NCBI GenBank assembly: GCA_022825745.1
Contig: JAJDWF010000085.1
Coordinates: 1,783 to 65,782 of the forward strand
From: Dehalococcoidia bacterium
GTDB lineage: Bacteria; Chloroflexota; Dehalococcoidia; Lucifugimonadales; UBA3495
Direction: 5' to 3'
Length of the DNA stretch: 64,000 nt
Notes under the pieces: model-generated
What the model was told of the DNA's origin: nothing
Seen by the model: only the letters and a program-made list of their open reading frames with translations
The model's database searches: none
Part shown: piece after piece, positions 15,102 through 24,182 of the stretch
Numbering within the stretch: position 1 is the stretch's first letter
Layout: every line of letters starts with the position of its first letter
Program-made: the position numbers and the translations under genes

Positions 15102-15941
15102 CTACTTCTGCATCCGCCGGCCGTGGAACAGGTACTGCTGGGAGTAGCCGGCATATCTGCCGAAATACGCCTGCGCCCACTCGACCATGGCCCGGTCGGG
15201 TGGCTTCTTCTGCATCGGAAAGTACCATTCGGCCAGGGCCCGCCGCACCCACACGTCCACCGGAAATGCTTCCAGCTTTTCCAGCGAAAATACGGCGATG
15301 CAGTCCGCGATTTTCGCCCCGATACCGTAGCAGTCCATGAGGCGGCCCTTGGTTTCAGGGTACGGCAGTCGTATCAATTCGTCCAAATCCAGCTCGCCCC
15401 GGCATACCCGCTCGGCGGCGGCAACCACGTAGGGCGCGCGAAACCCCAGCCCCAGTTCCCGCAGGAAACCCTCGCCGGCCGACGCCAGCCGTTCCGCCGA
15501 TGGGAACGTGCGCCGCACTTCTCCGTTCAGTTCCAGCGGTTCCCCCAGGCTGTCGGCCATCGCCTCCATATTCTGGTGGATGCGTGGGATGTTGGAAGTG
15601 GCGGAGCAGATGAACGCGACGGTGCACTCCCAGGGTTCCTGCCGCAGGATGCGCAGGCCCGGGTATTGGGCGACCATAGCGGCCACCCGCCGGTCCCGGC
15701 AGATCTCGCGGTAGATGGCCTCGATGTCGTCGTCCAGCCGGAAATACGCCCGCAGCGGGTCGTCAACGCTGGAATCACCCGTAATCTGGTACTCCAATCC
15801 CGCCGGGCTCTGGTGAAGATGCAACAACCGGCCACCCAGCACGCCGGAATACCGCCCGTCGCCCAGCCGGCGCCAGCGATGCGCCTGGCCACTCTCCAGG
15901 CTTTCGGCCAGGTCAAACGGCTGGTCAATCGACAGGTGCAC
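15102..15941 (-). CDS. 8-oxoguanine DNA glycosylase / HhH-GPD family base-excision repair enzyme
   Basis: OGG N-terminal motif (DLAESLESGQAHRW) and HhH-GPD region (GIGAKIADCIAVF). GTG start 3 nt after the dinG stop. Confidence 0.8.
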   Translation of the reverse strand: MHLSIDQPFDLAESLESGQAHRWRRLGDGRYSGVLGGRLLHLHQSPAGLEYQITGDSSVDDPLRAYFRLDDDIEAIYREICRDRRVAAMVAQYPGLRILRQEPWECTVAFICSATSNIPRIHQNMEAMADSLGEPLELNGEVRRTFPSAERLASAGEGFLRELGLGFRAPYVVAAAERVCRGELDLDELIRLPYPETKGRLMDCYGIGAKIADCIAVFSLEKLEAFPVDVWVRRALAEWYFPMQKKPPDRAMVEWAQAYFGRYAGYSQQYLFHGRRMQK

Positions 15942-15944
15942 GGC

Positions 15945-18830
15945 TCAGGCGGCCCGAGATAAACCAAGCCATTGGGCGGCCTGCCGGCCGGCGCTGGACA
16001 CGTTGGACGCCTGGATGGTGCACGGCGGCAAAGCGTTGAGGAAACGGTCACCGTAGTTGGCGGTCTGGATTCGCCGGTCCAGAATCACCACGGCTCCCCG
16101 GTCCGTCTTGCTGCGAATCAGTCGGCCAAATCCCTGGCGAAAACGCAGCACGGCGTTGGGCACCTGGTAGTCATTGAACGGGTTGTTGTACAGGTTGCCT
16201 CTCGCCTTGACGATGGGATCGTTGGGCACCGGGAATGGCAAGCGACACAACAGCAGCCCGCGCAGTATCCCCGATTCCAGGTCAACGCCCTCCCAGAAGC
16301 TGGCAGTCCCCAGCAGCACGGCGCGCGGGTCGGACTGCATGCGGTCAATCAACTGGCGTGGTGTGCCGTCAATCCCCTGGGCCAGCACGCCAATGCCCTC
16401 GGCCCGCAGCCGGCCGCGCACCCGGTACGAGGCGTCCCGCAACGCGCTGTGTGAAGTGAACAGCGCAAGCAGATGGCCGTCCAGTTCGCGCGCCATGTTG
16501 AGGATGATCTCGGCGGCGCCGGCGGCGTGGTCGGCGGCCCGGCGCGGGTCCGGCAGGTCGTCGGGAACCATGAGCAGCGTATTGCGCCGGTAGTTGAACG
16601 GGCTGTCCACCAGCAACTCGTCGCAGTCCTCCGGGAACCCCACTCGTTCCCGCAGAAAGTCGAACCGGGAATCGGTAGCCAGCGTGGCGCTCGTCAGGAT
16701 GACCGACTCCTTGCTGGCGAAAAGTTTCTCGGCCAGGATCGGCCCCACGGCCAGCGGCGTGGAGTGAAGCGTCAGATTGCGGCGCACGAAGTCCAGCCAT
16801 TGGATTCGCTCTTCTTCGTAGCGTCCGAAAACCGAAGCCAGGTTCTCGTTGATTTCCGTCAGCGCGTCTATGGAGCTCACCAGTTCGCCGGCCGGAGTGT
16901 CGTCGGGCAGGTGGAACCATCCATCGGTCACGGCCCGCTGCAGGGCGGACAGGGCGTTGACGCATTCGCTCACAAAGGCCGCAAGCGACTCCCACTCGAT
17001 GGCGGCCACGCTCCACGGGCGGGTCTGCCGCACGCTGGCGTCCAGCGTTACCGGCTGGCGGTCGTTGTCGGCCCGGCCGCCGTCCGAGGAACGGGCCGCG
17101 CTCTGGTACAGCCCGTCCATGGACTCCCATAGGCGCTGCCAGGCCTGCCCCGCCTGGTTGCAGGCGGCGGTGGCGTTGGCCACCGATTCCCGCGCGCGCG
17201 GCGCTTCCAGCGTGTCGCCCAACCGTCCGGCGGCGGTGTTCAGGTGGCCGATGACCCGATAGACGCTTTCCAGTTCCTGCGTCAGCGTGCCGGCCGCGAT
17301 TTCAAAGCCCAACTGCCGGCTCGCCTCTTCCTCCAGGTGATGCGCCTCGTCAATGACCAGCCGCTGGTAGTCTCCCAGCACGGTGCCCCCCACCGATAGA
17401 TCGGCCAGCAGCAGCGCGTGGTTGATTATCAGCACGTGGGCGGCTGCTGCCTGGTCGCGGGCCTGGCGCAGGAAGCAGGGCGAACCCCCCCGCAGCGCCG
17501 GGCAGCCCTCGGCGGCGTCCGCGCAGATTCGCGACCACGCCGTCCAGTCCTGCATGTGGAGGTTCAGGTGCGTGCGGTCGCCGGATTCAGTCTCATCCAG
17601 CCACACCGCCGTCTTGCCGATGACCCGCGCCTCGTCTTCATTCAGCGAATCGGAGTTGCCCAGGTTGTTCCAGCGGTGCAGGCAAACGTAGTTGGACCGG
17701 CCCTTGAGCTGGGCGGCCCTGACCACCCCGGGCTCCAGGATGCCAGCCTCTTCCAGTATCCCGATCACGGCCGGGATGTCCTTGTCCATCAACTGCTCCT
17801 GGAGGTTGATGGTGTTGGTGGACACGACCACGCGCTGCCCATTGGCGGCAGCGTACAGCACGGCCGGCAGCAGGTACGCGATGCTCTTGCCGATGCCCGT
17901 GCCGCCCTCAACGATCAGTTTCCGGCCCTGGTAGATGGCGCGGGTAACCGCCTTTAGCATCTCGGCCTGCTCGGGCCGGTTCTCGAAGTTGGGAAAGGAC
18001 TTGGCGAAAATGCCGTCGGGAGCCAGCAACTCCTCCACCTGCTGCTCGGTAAGCTGGCGGCGCACGGCGTTGGCGGATGGACTCTCGGCCGGGCTAGCGG
18101 CCGGCTGCTCGGTCAGTTTTTCCAGCTTCAAACCGGACAAGCCAGTCCAGCCGGCCGGGTTTGCCGCAGCATCGCCGGCCCGCGCGGCGTTGGCGCCGGA
18201 GGCGTGGGGGATCAACCCTTCCAGCAGGTCGGCTACGGGGGCGTTGGCGGCCCGGGCGGCCCGGGCGATGAACGACACCTTGGCGGCGGAATGGCCGGCC
18301 CCGGCTTCCAGCAGGCGGTGGAATACCAGCGCGGTGATTTCGGCGTCGGCGCTGGCCCGGTGCGCCTGGCTGTGGTCCAGGCCGAGATAGGTCGCCAGTG
18401 CGGACAGGTTGTATTCGGGAATAGTCGGCAGGAATATGGACGCCAGGTCCCAGGTGTTGTAGTTCCGGTTGGGCAGCGGGAGATGGTGAGAGCGCAGAAA
18501 GCCCAGGTCAAAGGCCACGTTGTGGCCGATGATTGGCAGGTCGCCGATAAAGTCCGCGAACTGGTTGGCCACCCGGTTGAACGTGGGTGCCCGCTCAATC
18601 TGCGCCGGGCTGATCGAGGTCAGTTGCTGGATGAACGGCGGGATCTTGCGCCCCGGGTTGACGAACGTCTGGTATCGGTCGAGGATTTCGCCGCCTTTAA
18701 ATCGAACGGCCCCGAGTTCAATGATGGTGTCGGAGTTGGCGTTGAGCCCGGTGGTTTCCAGGTCAATGCTGACAAACTCGTGCTCGAAGGGGTCGAGCCG
18801 GGTCCCGCCTAAAACGGATGCTTGCGTCAT
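15945..18830 (-). CDS. dinG: DinG-family ATP-dependent helicase fused to an N-terminal DnaQ-like 3'-5' exonuclease
   Basis: Exo motifs (FVSIDLETTGL, HNVAFD, HRASADA), then Walker A (GTGIGKS), DEAH box (VIDEAHHLEE), and a C-terminal helicase domain. Confidence 0.9.
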   Translation of the reverse strand: MTQASVLGGTRLDPFEHEFVSIDLETTGLNANSDTIIELGAVRFKGGEILDRYQTFVNPGRKIPPFIQQLTSISPAQIERAPTFNRVANQFADFIGDLPIIGHNVAFDLGFLRSHHLPLPNRNYNTWDLASIFLPTIPEYNLSALATYLGLDHSQAHRASADAEITALVFHRLLEAGAGHSAAKVSFIARAARAANAPVADLLEGLIPHASGANAARAGDAAANPAGWTGLSGLKLEKLTEQPAASPAESPSANAVRRQLTEQQVEELLAPDGIFAKSFPNFENRPEQAEMLKAVTRAIYQGRKLIVEGGTGIGKSIAYLLPAVLYAAANGQRVVVSTNTINLQEQLMDKDIPAVIGILEEAGILEPGVVRAAQLKGRSNYVCLHRWNNLGNSDSLNEDEARVIGKTAVWLDETESGDRTHLNLHMQDWTAWSRICADAAEGCPALRGGSPCFLRQARDQAAAAHVLIINHALLLADLSVGGTVLGDYQRLVIDEAHHLEEEASRQLGFEIAAGTLTQELESVYRVIGHLNTAAGRLGDTLEAPRARESVANATAACNQAGQAWQRLWESMDGLYQSAARSSDGGRADNDRQPVTLDASVRQTRPWSVAAIEWESLAAFVSECVNALSALQRAVTDGWFHLPDDTPAGELVSSIDALTEINENLASVFGRYEEERIQWLDFVRRNLTLHSTPLAVGPILAEKLFASKESVILTSATLATDSRFDFLRERVGFPEDCDELLVDSPFNYRRNTLLMVPDDLPDPRRAADHAAGAAEIILNMARELDGHLLALFTSHSALRDASYRVRGRLRAEGIGVLAQGIDGTPRQLIDRMQSDPRAVLLGTASFWEGVDLESGILRGLLLCRLPFPVPNDPIVKARGNLYNNPFNDYQVPNAVLRFRQGFGRLIRSKTDRGAVVILDRRIQTANYGDRFLNALPPCTIQASNVSSAGRQAAQWLGLSRAA

Positions 18831-18847
18831 CGCTGGCCGCCCGACGG

Positions 18848-19552
18848 TTACGCGGAACGCAGCCGGTAAGGACGCAGCGCGCCCTGGCGCAGCCCTTCCA
18901 GGGGACGGAAGTCGCCCCGGTGCAGCGCAGCCAGGAATTGTGCTTCGTCGAATATCTCGTCCGGGAACTCGGTCACGAACTTGCCCAGTCCGTGCGTGCT
19001 GTGGGCGTCGCTGCCGCCGGTCACGGGCAGGTTGAGCCGGTGCGCGACCTCGGCGGCGAAGCGGTTCTCCTCGTCGGAGGTGCCGCCGTTGGCGATCTCT
19101 ATGGCGTCAGTGAGCTCAAAAACCGGGTGCTGCATAGCATCTTCCGGTTCCGTGGGAATCGGCTCGTTGGGATCCGGGTAAAGGTACGGCCGCGTGCGGT
19201 GGTGCTGCCCCAGCACTCCCCGGAATGGGTGCGCGGAGACGACATAACCACCGACGGCGTGGGCCGCCTTGCTCAGTTCCTCGGCGTGATTGAATCCGCT
19301 CTGGTAGCGGTCAACCCCAAAGCAGAGGATGTGCCCCATGTCGGTGTCGGCCTCCATGGCGCGTATCAGCACCACGTTGTGCAGCGCGGCAAAGGCGGCG
19401 AATTCGTGGCGGTCCCAGGGGCCGGAATGCTCGGTTATGCAGAGGCCGCGCAAGCCCAGCCGTTCGGCTTCAAGGATGAGATCATCGGGCGTCAGGCTGG
19501 AATCGGCGCTGCCCTTGGTAGTATGGATGTGAAGGTCAAAAAGGCGAGCCAT
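18848..19552 (-). CDS. PHP-domain metal-dependent phosphoesterase
   Basis: DLHIHT N-terminus, with GGSDAH near the C-terminus. Confidence 0.8.
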   Translation of the reverse strand: MARLFDLHIHTTKGSADSSLTPDDLILEAERLGLRGLCITEHSGPWDRHEFAAFAALHNVVLIRAMEADTDMGHILCFGVDRYQSGFNHAEELSKAAHAVGGYVVSAHPFRGVLGQHHRTRPYLYPDPNEPIPTEPEDAMQHPVFELTDAIEIANGGTSDEENRFAAEVAHRLNLPVTGGSDAHSTHGLGKFVTEFPDEIFDEAQFLAALHRGDFRPLEGLRQGALRPYRLRSA

Positions 19553-19602
19553 AAGCCCAACCAGTGTATGCGGCCGAGCTTATGGCGTCAACGTGGCGGG
19601 TT

Positions 19603-20361
19603 TTAGCGCCCGGCCCCCACCGGCTGGTGCGCCTTGAGGAACTCGATGACCTGGTTGATGGTCTGGGCCTTGATGTCCGGGTCTTCCTTCCAGGGATAGA
19701 CGGTTGCCGTGGCATTCGGGGCCAGTTCCGCCATTGCCATCGCCGCTTCCAGCGAGTGGGACGGCGTGTCGTCCGGCATCACCAGCAGGGGTGTCTGGCA
19801 CGACCGTGCAAAGTCCCGGGACACGCTGTACATAAAGTCCGGCTGGATTCGGTACAGGTTGTGCAGGTACTGCTCAATGGTCTCCATCGTGAGGTCCGGT
19901 CTGTTCGGCAGCAACGCCGGCGCCCACACGTCACGCCCGGAGTCGTACATCGCGTCCGGCGTCGCGTCGGCATGCCCCACCGGTTGGCACAGCACGGCTG
20001 CCGCGACCCGGCCCGGCGCCTTCTTGATCAGCGTCATGGCAAACGGGCCGCCGATGCAGAAGCCGATGAACCCGAACTCCCGTATCCCCAGGTGGTCCAT
20101 CAGGCCAAGCTGGTCGTCGGCGAATGCGCCCCAGGGATCCTCAACCTGCACCGGGCCGGTGGACTGCCCGCCGTTGGCGTTGCGCTGGTCCATGGTGATG
20201 ACGCGGAAGTGGTCCTTGAAGGCATCCACCGCGTTGAAGACCTGGTTCGGCCAGCCGGCCATAATGGAGTTCAAGCCCCCGCCCGGCGTGGCCAGGATCG
20301 GAAAACCGGAACCTGTGTCTTCATAGTGGATGGTGACGTCGCCTCGAGTATAGAACGGCAT
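19603..20361 (-). CDS. Alpha/beta hydrolase fold protein
   Basis: 252 aa. Nucleophile elbow-like GFCIGG. AAGGAGA RBS. Confidence 0.75.
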   Translation of the reverse strand: MPFYTRGDVTIHYEDTGSGFPILATPGGGLNSIMAGWPNQVFNAVDAFKDHFRVITMDQRNANGGQSTGPVQVEDPWGAFADDQLGLMDHLGIREFGFIGFCIGGPFAMTLIKKAPGRVAAAVLCQPVGHADATPDAMYDSGRDVWAPALLPNRPDLTMETIEQYLHNLYRIQPDFMYSVSRDFARSCQTPLLVMPDDTPSHSLEAAMAMAELAPNATATVYPWKEDPDIKAQTINQVIEFLKAHQPVGAGR

Positions 20362-20558
20362 TTTAGTTTCTCCTTGATGGGTTTGGTGTCGGCGTTTGAG
20401 CCGATTGTAACTTGGGCGAAAGGGATGTCAAGGCGAAACAGCGACCCCGAGGCTACGCTCGCGGTTGCCCTATCGGAACGGTGCGCTTATCATATTTGAC
20501 CCTGCGACTGCGAGAACGAAACGCACCGTCGTCAGGAAACAAAACAATGGAGATAGAC

Positions 20559-20792
20559 ATGGCAATCGGCAGCACTTACAAGGTAGTTGAACTGGTCGGG
20601 TCTTCCAGCGAGAGCGTACAGCAGGCCATCGACGGCGCAATCTCCCGCGCCGGGCAGACGATTCGCAACCTGGACTGGTTCGAGGTTCGGGAAATCCGCG
20701 GCACCGTCGACGGCGACAAGGCCAACTGGTACCAGGTCAAGGTCGGCGTGGGCTTCCGCGTGGACTCCGGCGAAGACATCACCGAGGACTAA
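20559..20792 (+). CDS. Dodecin-family flavin-binding protein
   Basis: The pattern YKVVELVGSS.ES...AI..AI.RA..T.RNLDWFEV.E.RG matches dodecin. GGAGA lies 5 nt before the ATG at 20559. The track start at 20412 is too long. Confidence 0.8.
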   Translation: MAIGSTYKVVELVGSSSESVQQAIDGAISRAGQTIRNLDWFEVREIRGTVDGDKANWYQVKVGVGFRVDSGEDITED

Positions 20793-20858
20793 CCCCGTCG
20801 GACCACCCCCTGCGTCCGACCCATAGAGCTTATAGCGCAAGATCGCCGGCGGTTTCTG

Positions 20859-21986
20859 TTACGGCAGGAACGCCGGCATGACCTTGGTTCCGAAATTCTC
20901 CAGGTTCCGCAGGGTCTTGCGCAGGGGGATGCCCGCATGGGCGAATTCTACCAGCAGGTAGTCCAGGTTGCACACCTCTCGCAATTCCTGGATCCTCTCG
21001 ATTACGTCGTCGGGCGAGCCCACCAGCAGCGTGCGGGGTTCCAGAAAGTCCCAGTCCAGCTTCACGTCATCGGACAGTTCTTCCCCGGGGTTGGTGAACA
21101 CCTGCCGTCCGCGAAACGGGTCGTTGAATATGAACGCCGACATGATGCCGGCTTCGGCGTCCCTCCGCGCCTCCTCCATTGAGGACGCCACGTAGGTGGA
21201 GCGCATCACTCCCTGGTCCTCACCCACTGCAAACGGCCGGCCTTCAACCTGTGAACGCGCTTCGGCGTAGGTCTCCATCCGCTGCCGGATTCTCAGCGCC
21301 GGCGGTTGCCAGTAGCACGCCTTCAGGCCCATCTCGGCCGCCGTCGTCACCGACCGGTCCGTGGATACCGTCATCCACAGCGGCGGGTGCGGCTGCTGGT
21401 AGGGGCGCGGCGTGACCCGCAGCCTGGTAACCCGCTCGCCGTCGTGCCACGCCGGGTCCGTCTTGTAGGTCGGGTGAGAATACTGGGTGTCATGCGCCGG
21501 AAACGTGTAGTTGGTTCCCTGGTGGGAAAAATACTCCTGCGTCCAGATTTTCCGCACGACTTCCACGGTCTCGTGGAACAACTCCCGGTTCTCCCGGTCC
21601 TTGCGCGGGTCGGCGTTGGGGTGGAACTGCGGCCCCTCGTAGGGCCAGATTCCCCGGCCGAATCCCACCTCAACACGCCCTCTCGTCATGTTGTCGAGGA
21701 TGGCCAAATCCTCGGCCAGCCGAATCGGGTGCCACCAGGTTGCTATGTTGGCCATTTGGCCGATGCGTATCCTGGACGTCCGTGCCGCCAGGTCCGCCCC
21801 CAGCAGTATGGGGTTGGGGATGTCCCCCAGCCCGTACGGGCTGAAGTGATGTTCCCCGAGCCAGATGGCCTCAAAGCCCAGCTCTTCCGCCATCATGGTC
21901 TGCTGCCGCAAATTGTCCAGGAAATCCGCGGCGTTGGTAGCCTCCCCAGCCGACGCCGACACGGTTGTGAATGCTGCGAATCGCAT
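20859..21986 (-). CDS. LLM-class flavin-dependent oxidoreductase (luciferase-like monooxygenase)
   Basis: 375 aa. Motifs GFEAIWLGEHHF and EVGFGRG. GGAGGG RBS. Confidence 0.85.
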   Translation of the reverse strand: MRFAAFTTVSASAGEATNAADFLDNLRQQTMMAEELGFEAIWLGEHHFSPYGLGDIPNPILLGADLAARTSRIRIGQMANIATWWHPIRLAEDLAILDNMTRGRVEVGFGRGIWPYEGPQFHPNADPRKDRENRELFHETVEVVRKIWTQEYFSHQGTNYTFPAHDTQYSHPTYKTDPAWHDGERVTRLRVTPRPYQQPHPPLWMTVSTDRSVTTAAEMGLKACYWQPPALRIRQRMETYAEARSQVEGRPFAVGEDQGVMRSTYVASSMEEARRDAEAGIMSAFIFNDPFRGRQVFTNPGEELSDDVKLDWDFLEPRTLLVGSPDDVIERIQELREVCNLDYLLVEFAHAGIPLRKTLRNLENFGTKVMPAFLP

Positions 21987-22090
21987 TGCTGACCCTCCTG
22001 ATAACCCGGACTTCCGGCGTACTGCCTTCCCCGCCGTAAAGTACCACGCCTTTCGTATGCGGCAATTCCCCCTGGTCTCGACAATGCTCG

Positions 22091-23326
22091 CTAATTGATC
22101 AGGCGATAAATGCCCGACTTCTGCGATAGCAGGTACAGCTCTCCATCGTTGTCCTCGCCGAACGACACGATGCGCAGCCGCGTGTCGGCCAGCTGCGCGT
22201 GCTCCGTAACCTTGCCGTCCTCATAGCGCAGCCCGAAGACCTTGCCGGAGCAGAAGTCGCCGTACACGTAGCTGCCCCTCAGCCACGGGATCGCGAAGCC
22301 GCGATAGACGTAACCTCCAATCACCGAGCAGGGTTCACCGCTCAACGGGTATTCCCACACGGGCGGCGTCATTCCCTCCCGTTCGCACCCGTCGCCGCCA
22401 GCGAAACAGCGGCTGCCCTCCAGCACGTTCCAACCGTAGTTGCCGCCCCGTTCGATGAGGTCGATCTCCTCCCAACGGTTCTGCCCTACGTCGCCGGCCC
22501 ACAGCGCGCCGGTTTTGCGGTCAAAGCTGAACCGCCACGGGTTGCGCAGACCATAAGCCCAAATTTCGCCGCGTCCACCTCCCTCCGGCGCATCAACGAA
22601 CGGGTTGTCCGCCGGGATGGTGTAGGGACGTTCCCGGGTAGCCTGGGACACGTCAATCCGCAGGATGCTCCCCAGCAGCGTTGAGACATCCTGCCCGTTG
22701 CCCAGCGGGTCGCCCGCCGCTCCCCCGTCGCCCAGGCCGATGTACAGGTAGCCGTCCGGCCCAAAAGCAAGTTGCCCGCCGTTATGGTTCGCGTATGGCT
22801 GCTCCACTTCCAGGATCACCAGTTCGCTGTCCGGGTCGGCGGAAGCATGGTCGGGCGAAATGGTGAAGCGCGAGACTACCGACCGCCGCGGGTCGCCCGC
22901 CGAGTAATATAGGTACAGGCGCCGTTCGTCTGCCGGATCCAGCGCCATGCCCAGCAGCCCTTCTTCCGTGCGACGGCTGCTCACCCGGTCGGTGATGTCC
23001 AGGGCCGCTACGACCGGAGCATCATCAACCTGGAATCCGTCAAATACCCATACTCGTCCGGCTTGCTCGGTTATCCACACCCGGCCATCCTTTGCCTGGA
23101 CCAGGTTGGTGGGCGACTCAAATCGCGCGACCGTCAGCTGGACCACGTTAGTGGACGACTGAAACCGCTTGACCGCCGGGGCCGGATCCAGGAACAGGGT
23201 CTTCATGGCCGGCGAGGAAACCGGCGATGGCAACGTCGGGGTCGCCGTTGGCGCCGGCCCCGTACTGCCACACCCCGCAGCCAGCGCCACGAGTAAAATA
23301 GTCAGGATTGTCGCGATTACTGCCAC
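22091..23326 (-). CDS. PQQ-dependent sugar dehydrogenase (soluble aldose dehydrogenase-like) lipoprotein
   Basis: Motifs GLLGMALDP, HNGGQLAFGPDGYLY.GLGDGG, RNPWR and GGNYGW. Lipobox LAAGC. Confidence 0.85.
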   Translation of the reverse strand: MAVIATILTILLVALAAGCGSTGPAPTATPTLPSPVSSPAMKTLFLDPAPAVKRFQSSTNVVQLTVARFESPTNLVQAKDGRVWITEQAGRVWVFDGFQVDDAPVVAALDITDRVSSRRTEEGLLGMALDPADERRLYLYYSAGDPRRSVVSRFTISPDHASADPDSELVILEVEQPYANHNGGQLAFGPDGYLYIGLGDGGAAGDPLGNGQDVSTLLGSILRIDVSQATRERPYTIPADNPFVDAPEGGGRGEIWAYGLRNPWRFSFDRKTGALWAGDVGQNRWEEIDLIERGGNYGWNVLEGSRCFAGGDGCEREGMTPPVWEYPLSGEPCSVIGGYVYRGFAIPWLRGSYVYGDFCSGKVFGLRYEDGKVTEHAQLADTRLRIVSFGEDNDGELYLLSQKSGIYRLIN

Positions 23327-23362
23327 ATTCCCAAGATACTACACCGATTCGGAGCAACCGCT

Positions 23363-24181
23363 ATGAACGCAATCGAAACCTGGGGCGAAATGGTGCGGGT
23401 GGAGCACGAGCAGTCGGACCGGATGCGCGGAGCGCGGCCCGCCGACCACTGGACGCAGGACGCCCGCAATTTCAAGGCCGACCCCCACCGAACGGACGAC
23501 GAGTTGGTCGAGGAACTGCGTTCCCGCTTGTCGCCGGGCGAGACCCTGCTGGACGTCGGCGCGGGCGGTGGACGGCTGGCCCTCCCCCTGGCCCTTACCT
23601 GCTCAAGGGTAACGGCTGTGGAACCGTCGCCCAGCATGTGCGCGGTGCTGCGCGAGACCGCCCTGGAACACGGCATCACCAATGTTTCGATCATCGAATC
23701 CGGCTGGCCGGAAGCCTCCGTTGCGCCCGCCGACGTGGTCCTGTGCAGCCACGTCGTGTACGTGATCGAGGACATCGAACCCTTCGTCCGCAAGATGGAC
23801 CAATGTGCCCGCCGTCTCGTCCTGGCGGTCCTGTTCCAGGCTCCGCCCCAGTCGCAAATGTACGGGTTGTGGGAGCAGGTTCACGGCGAAAAACGCTACG
23901 GCCTGCCGGCCCTGCCCGAGTTCCTGCCGGTGCTGGAGCAGCTGGGCATCAAGCCCGATGTGTTCGAACTGGAAGCGCCGCCGCCCCGGGGGTTCGACAG
24001 CTTTGAAAATGCCCGGGAGATGATCGCCCGCCGCCTCTACGTTGCCTCCGGCACCGATGCCATGGCCCGACTGGACCGGGCGCTGGAGGCGTCGTTGCGC
24101 GAAGTATCCGGCGTCTGGCAAATCGAGGGAGCGCAGCCCATACGCCCCTGCATCGTGGCCTGGGAAACCGCCGGCCGTTAG
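23363..24181 (+). CDS. Class I SAM-dependent methyltransferase
   Basis: Motif I LLDVGAGGGRLALPLA. Confidence 0.8.
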   Translation: MNAIETWGEMVRVEHEQSDRMRGARPADHWTQDARNFKADPHRTDDELVEELRSRLSPGETLLDVGAGGGRLALPLALTCSRVTAVEPSPSMCAVLRETALEHGITNVSIIESGWPEASVAPADVVLCSHVVYVIEDIEPFVRKMDQCARRLVLAVLFQAPPQSQMYGLWEQVHGEKRYGLPALPEFLPVLEQLGIKPDVFELEAPPPRGFDSFENAREMIARRLYVASGTDAMARLDRALEASLREVSGVWQIEGAQPIRPCIVAWETAGR

Positions 24182-24182
24182 C

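Noticed and set aside
20362-20558. Possible FMN riboswitch upstream of the dodecin (flavin-binding) gene.
   Set aside because: The 197-nt region lacks the conserved FMN-element core sequences I know (for example the GGGCGGGG...CCCGCGAGCC-type helices). I detected no convincing multi-stem structure.
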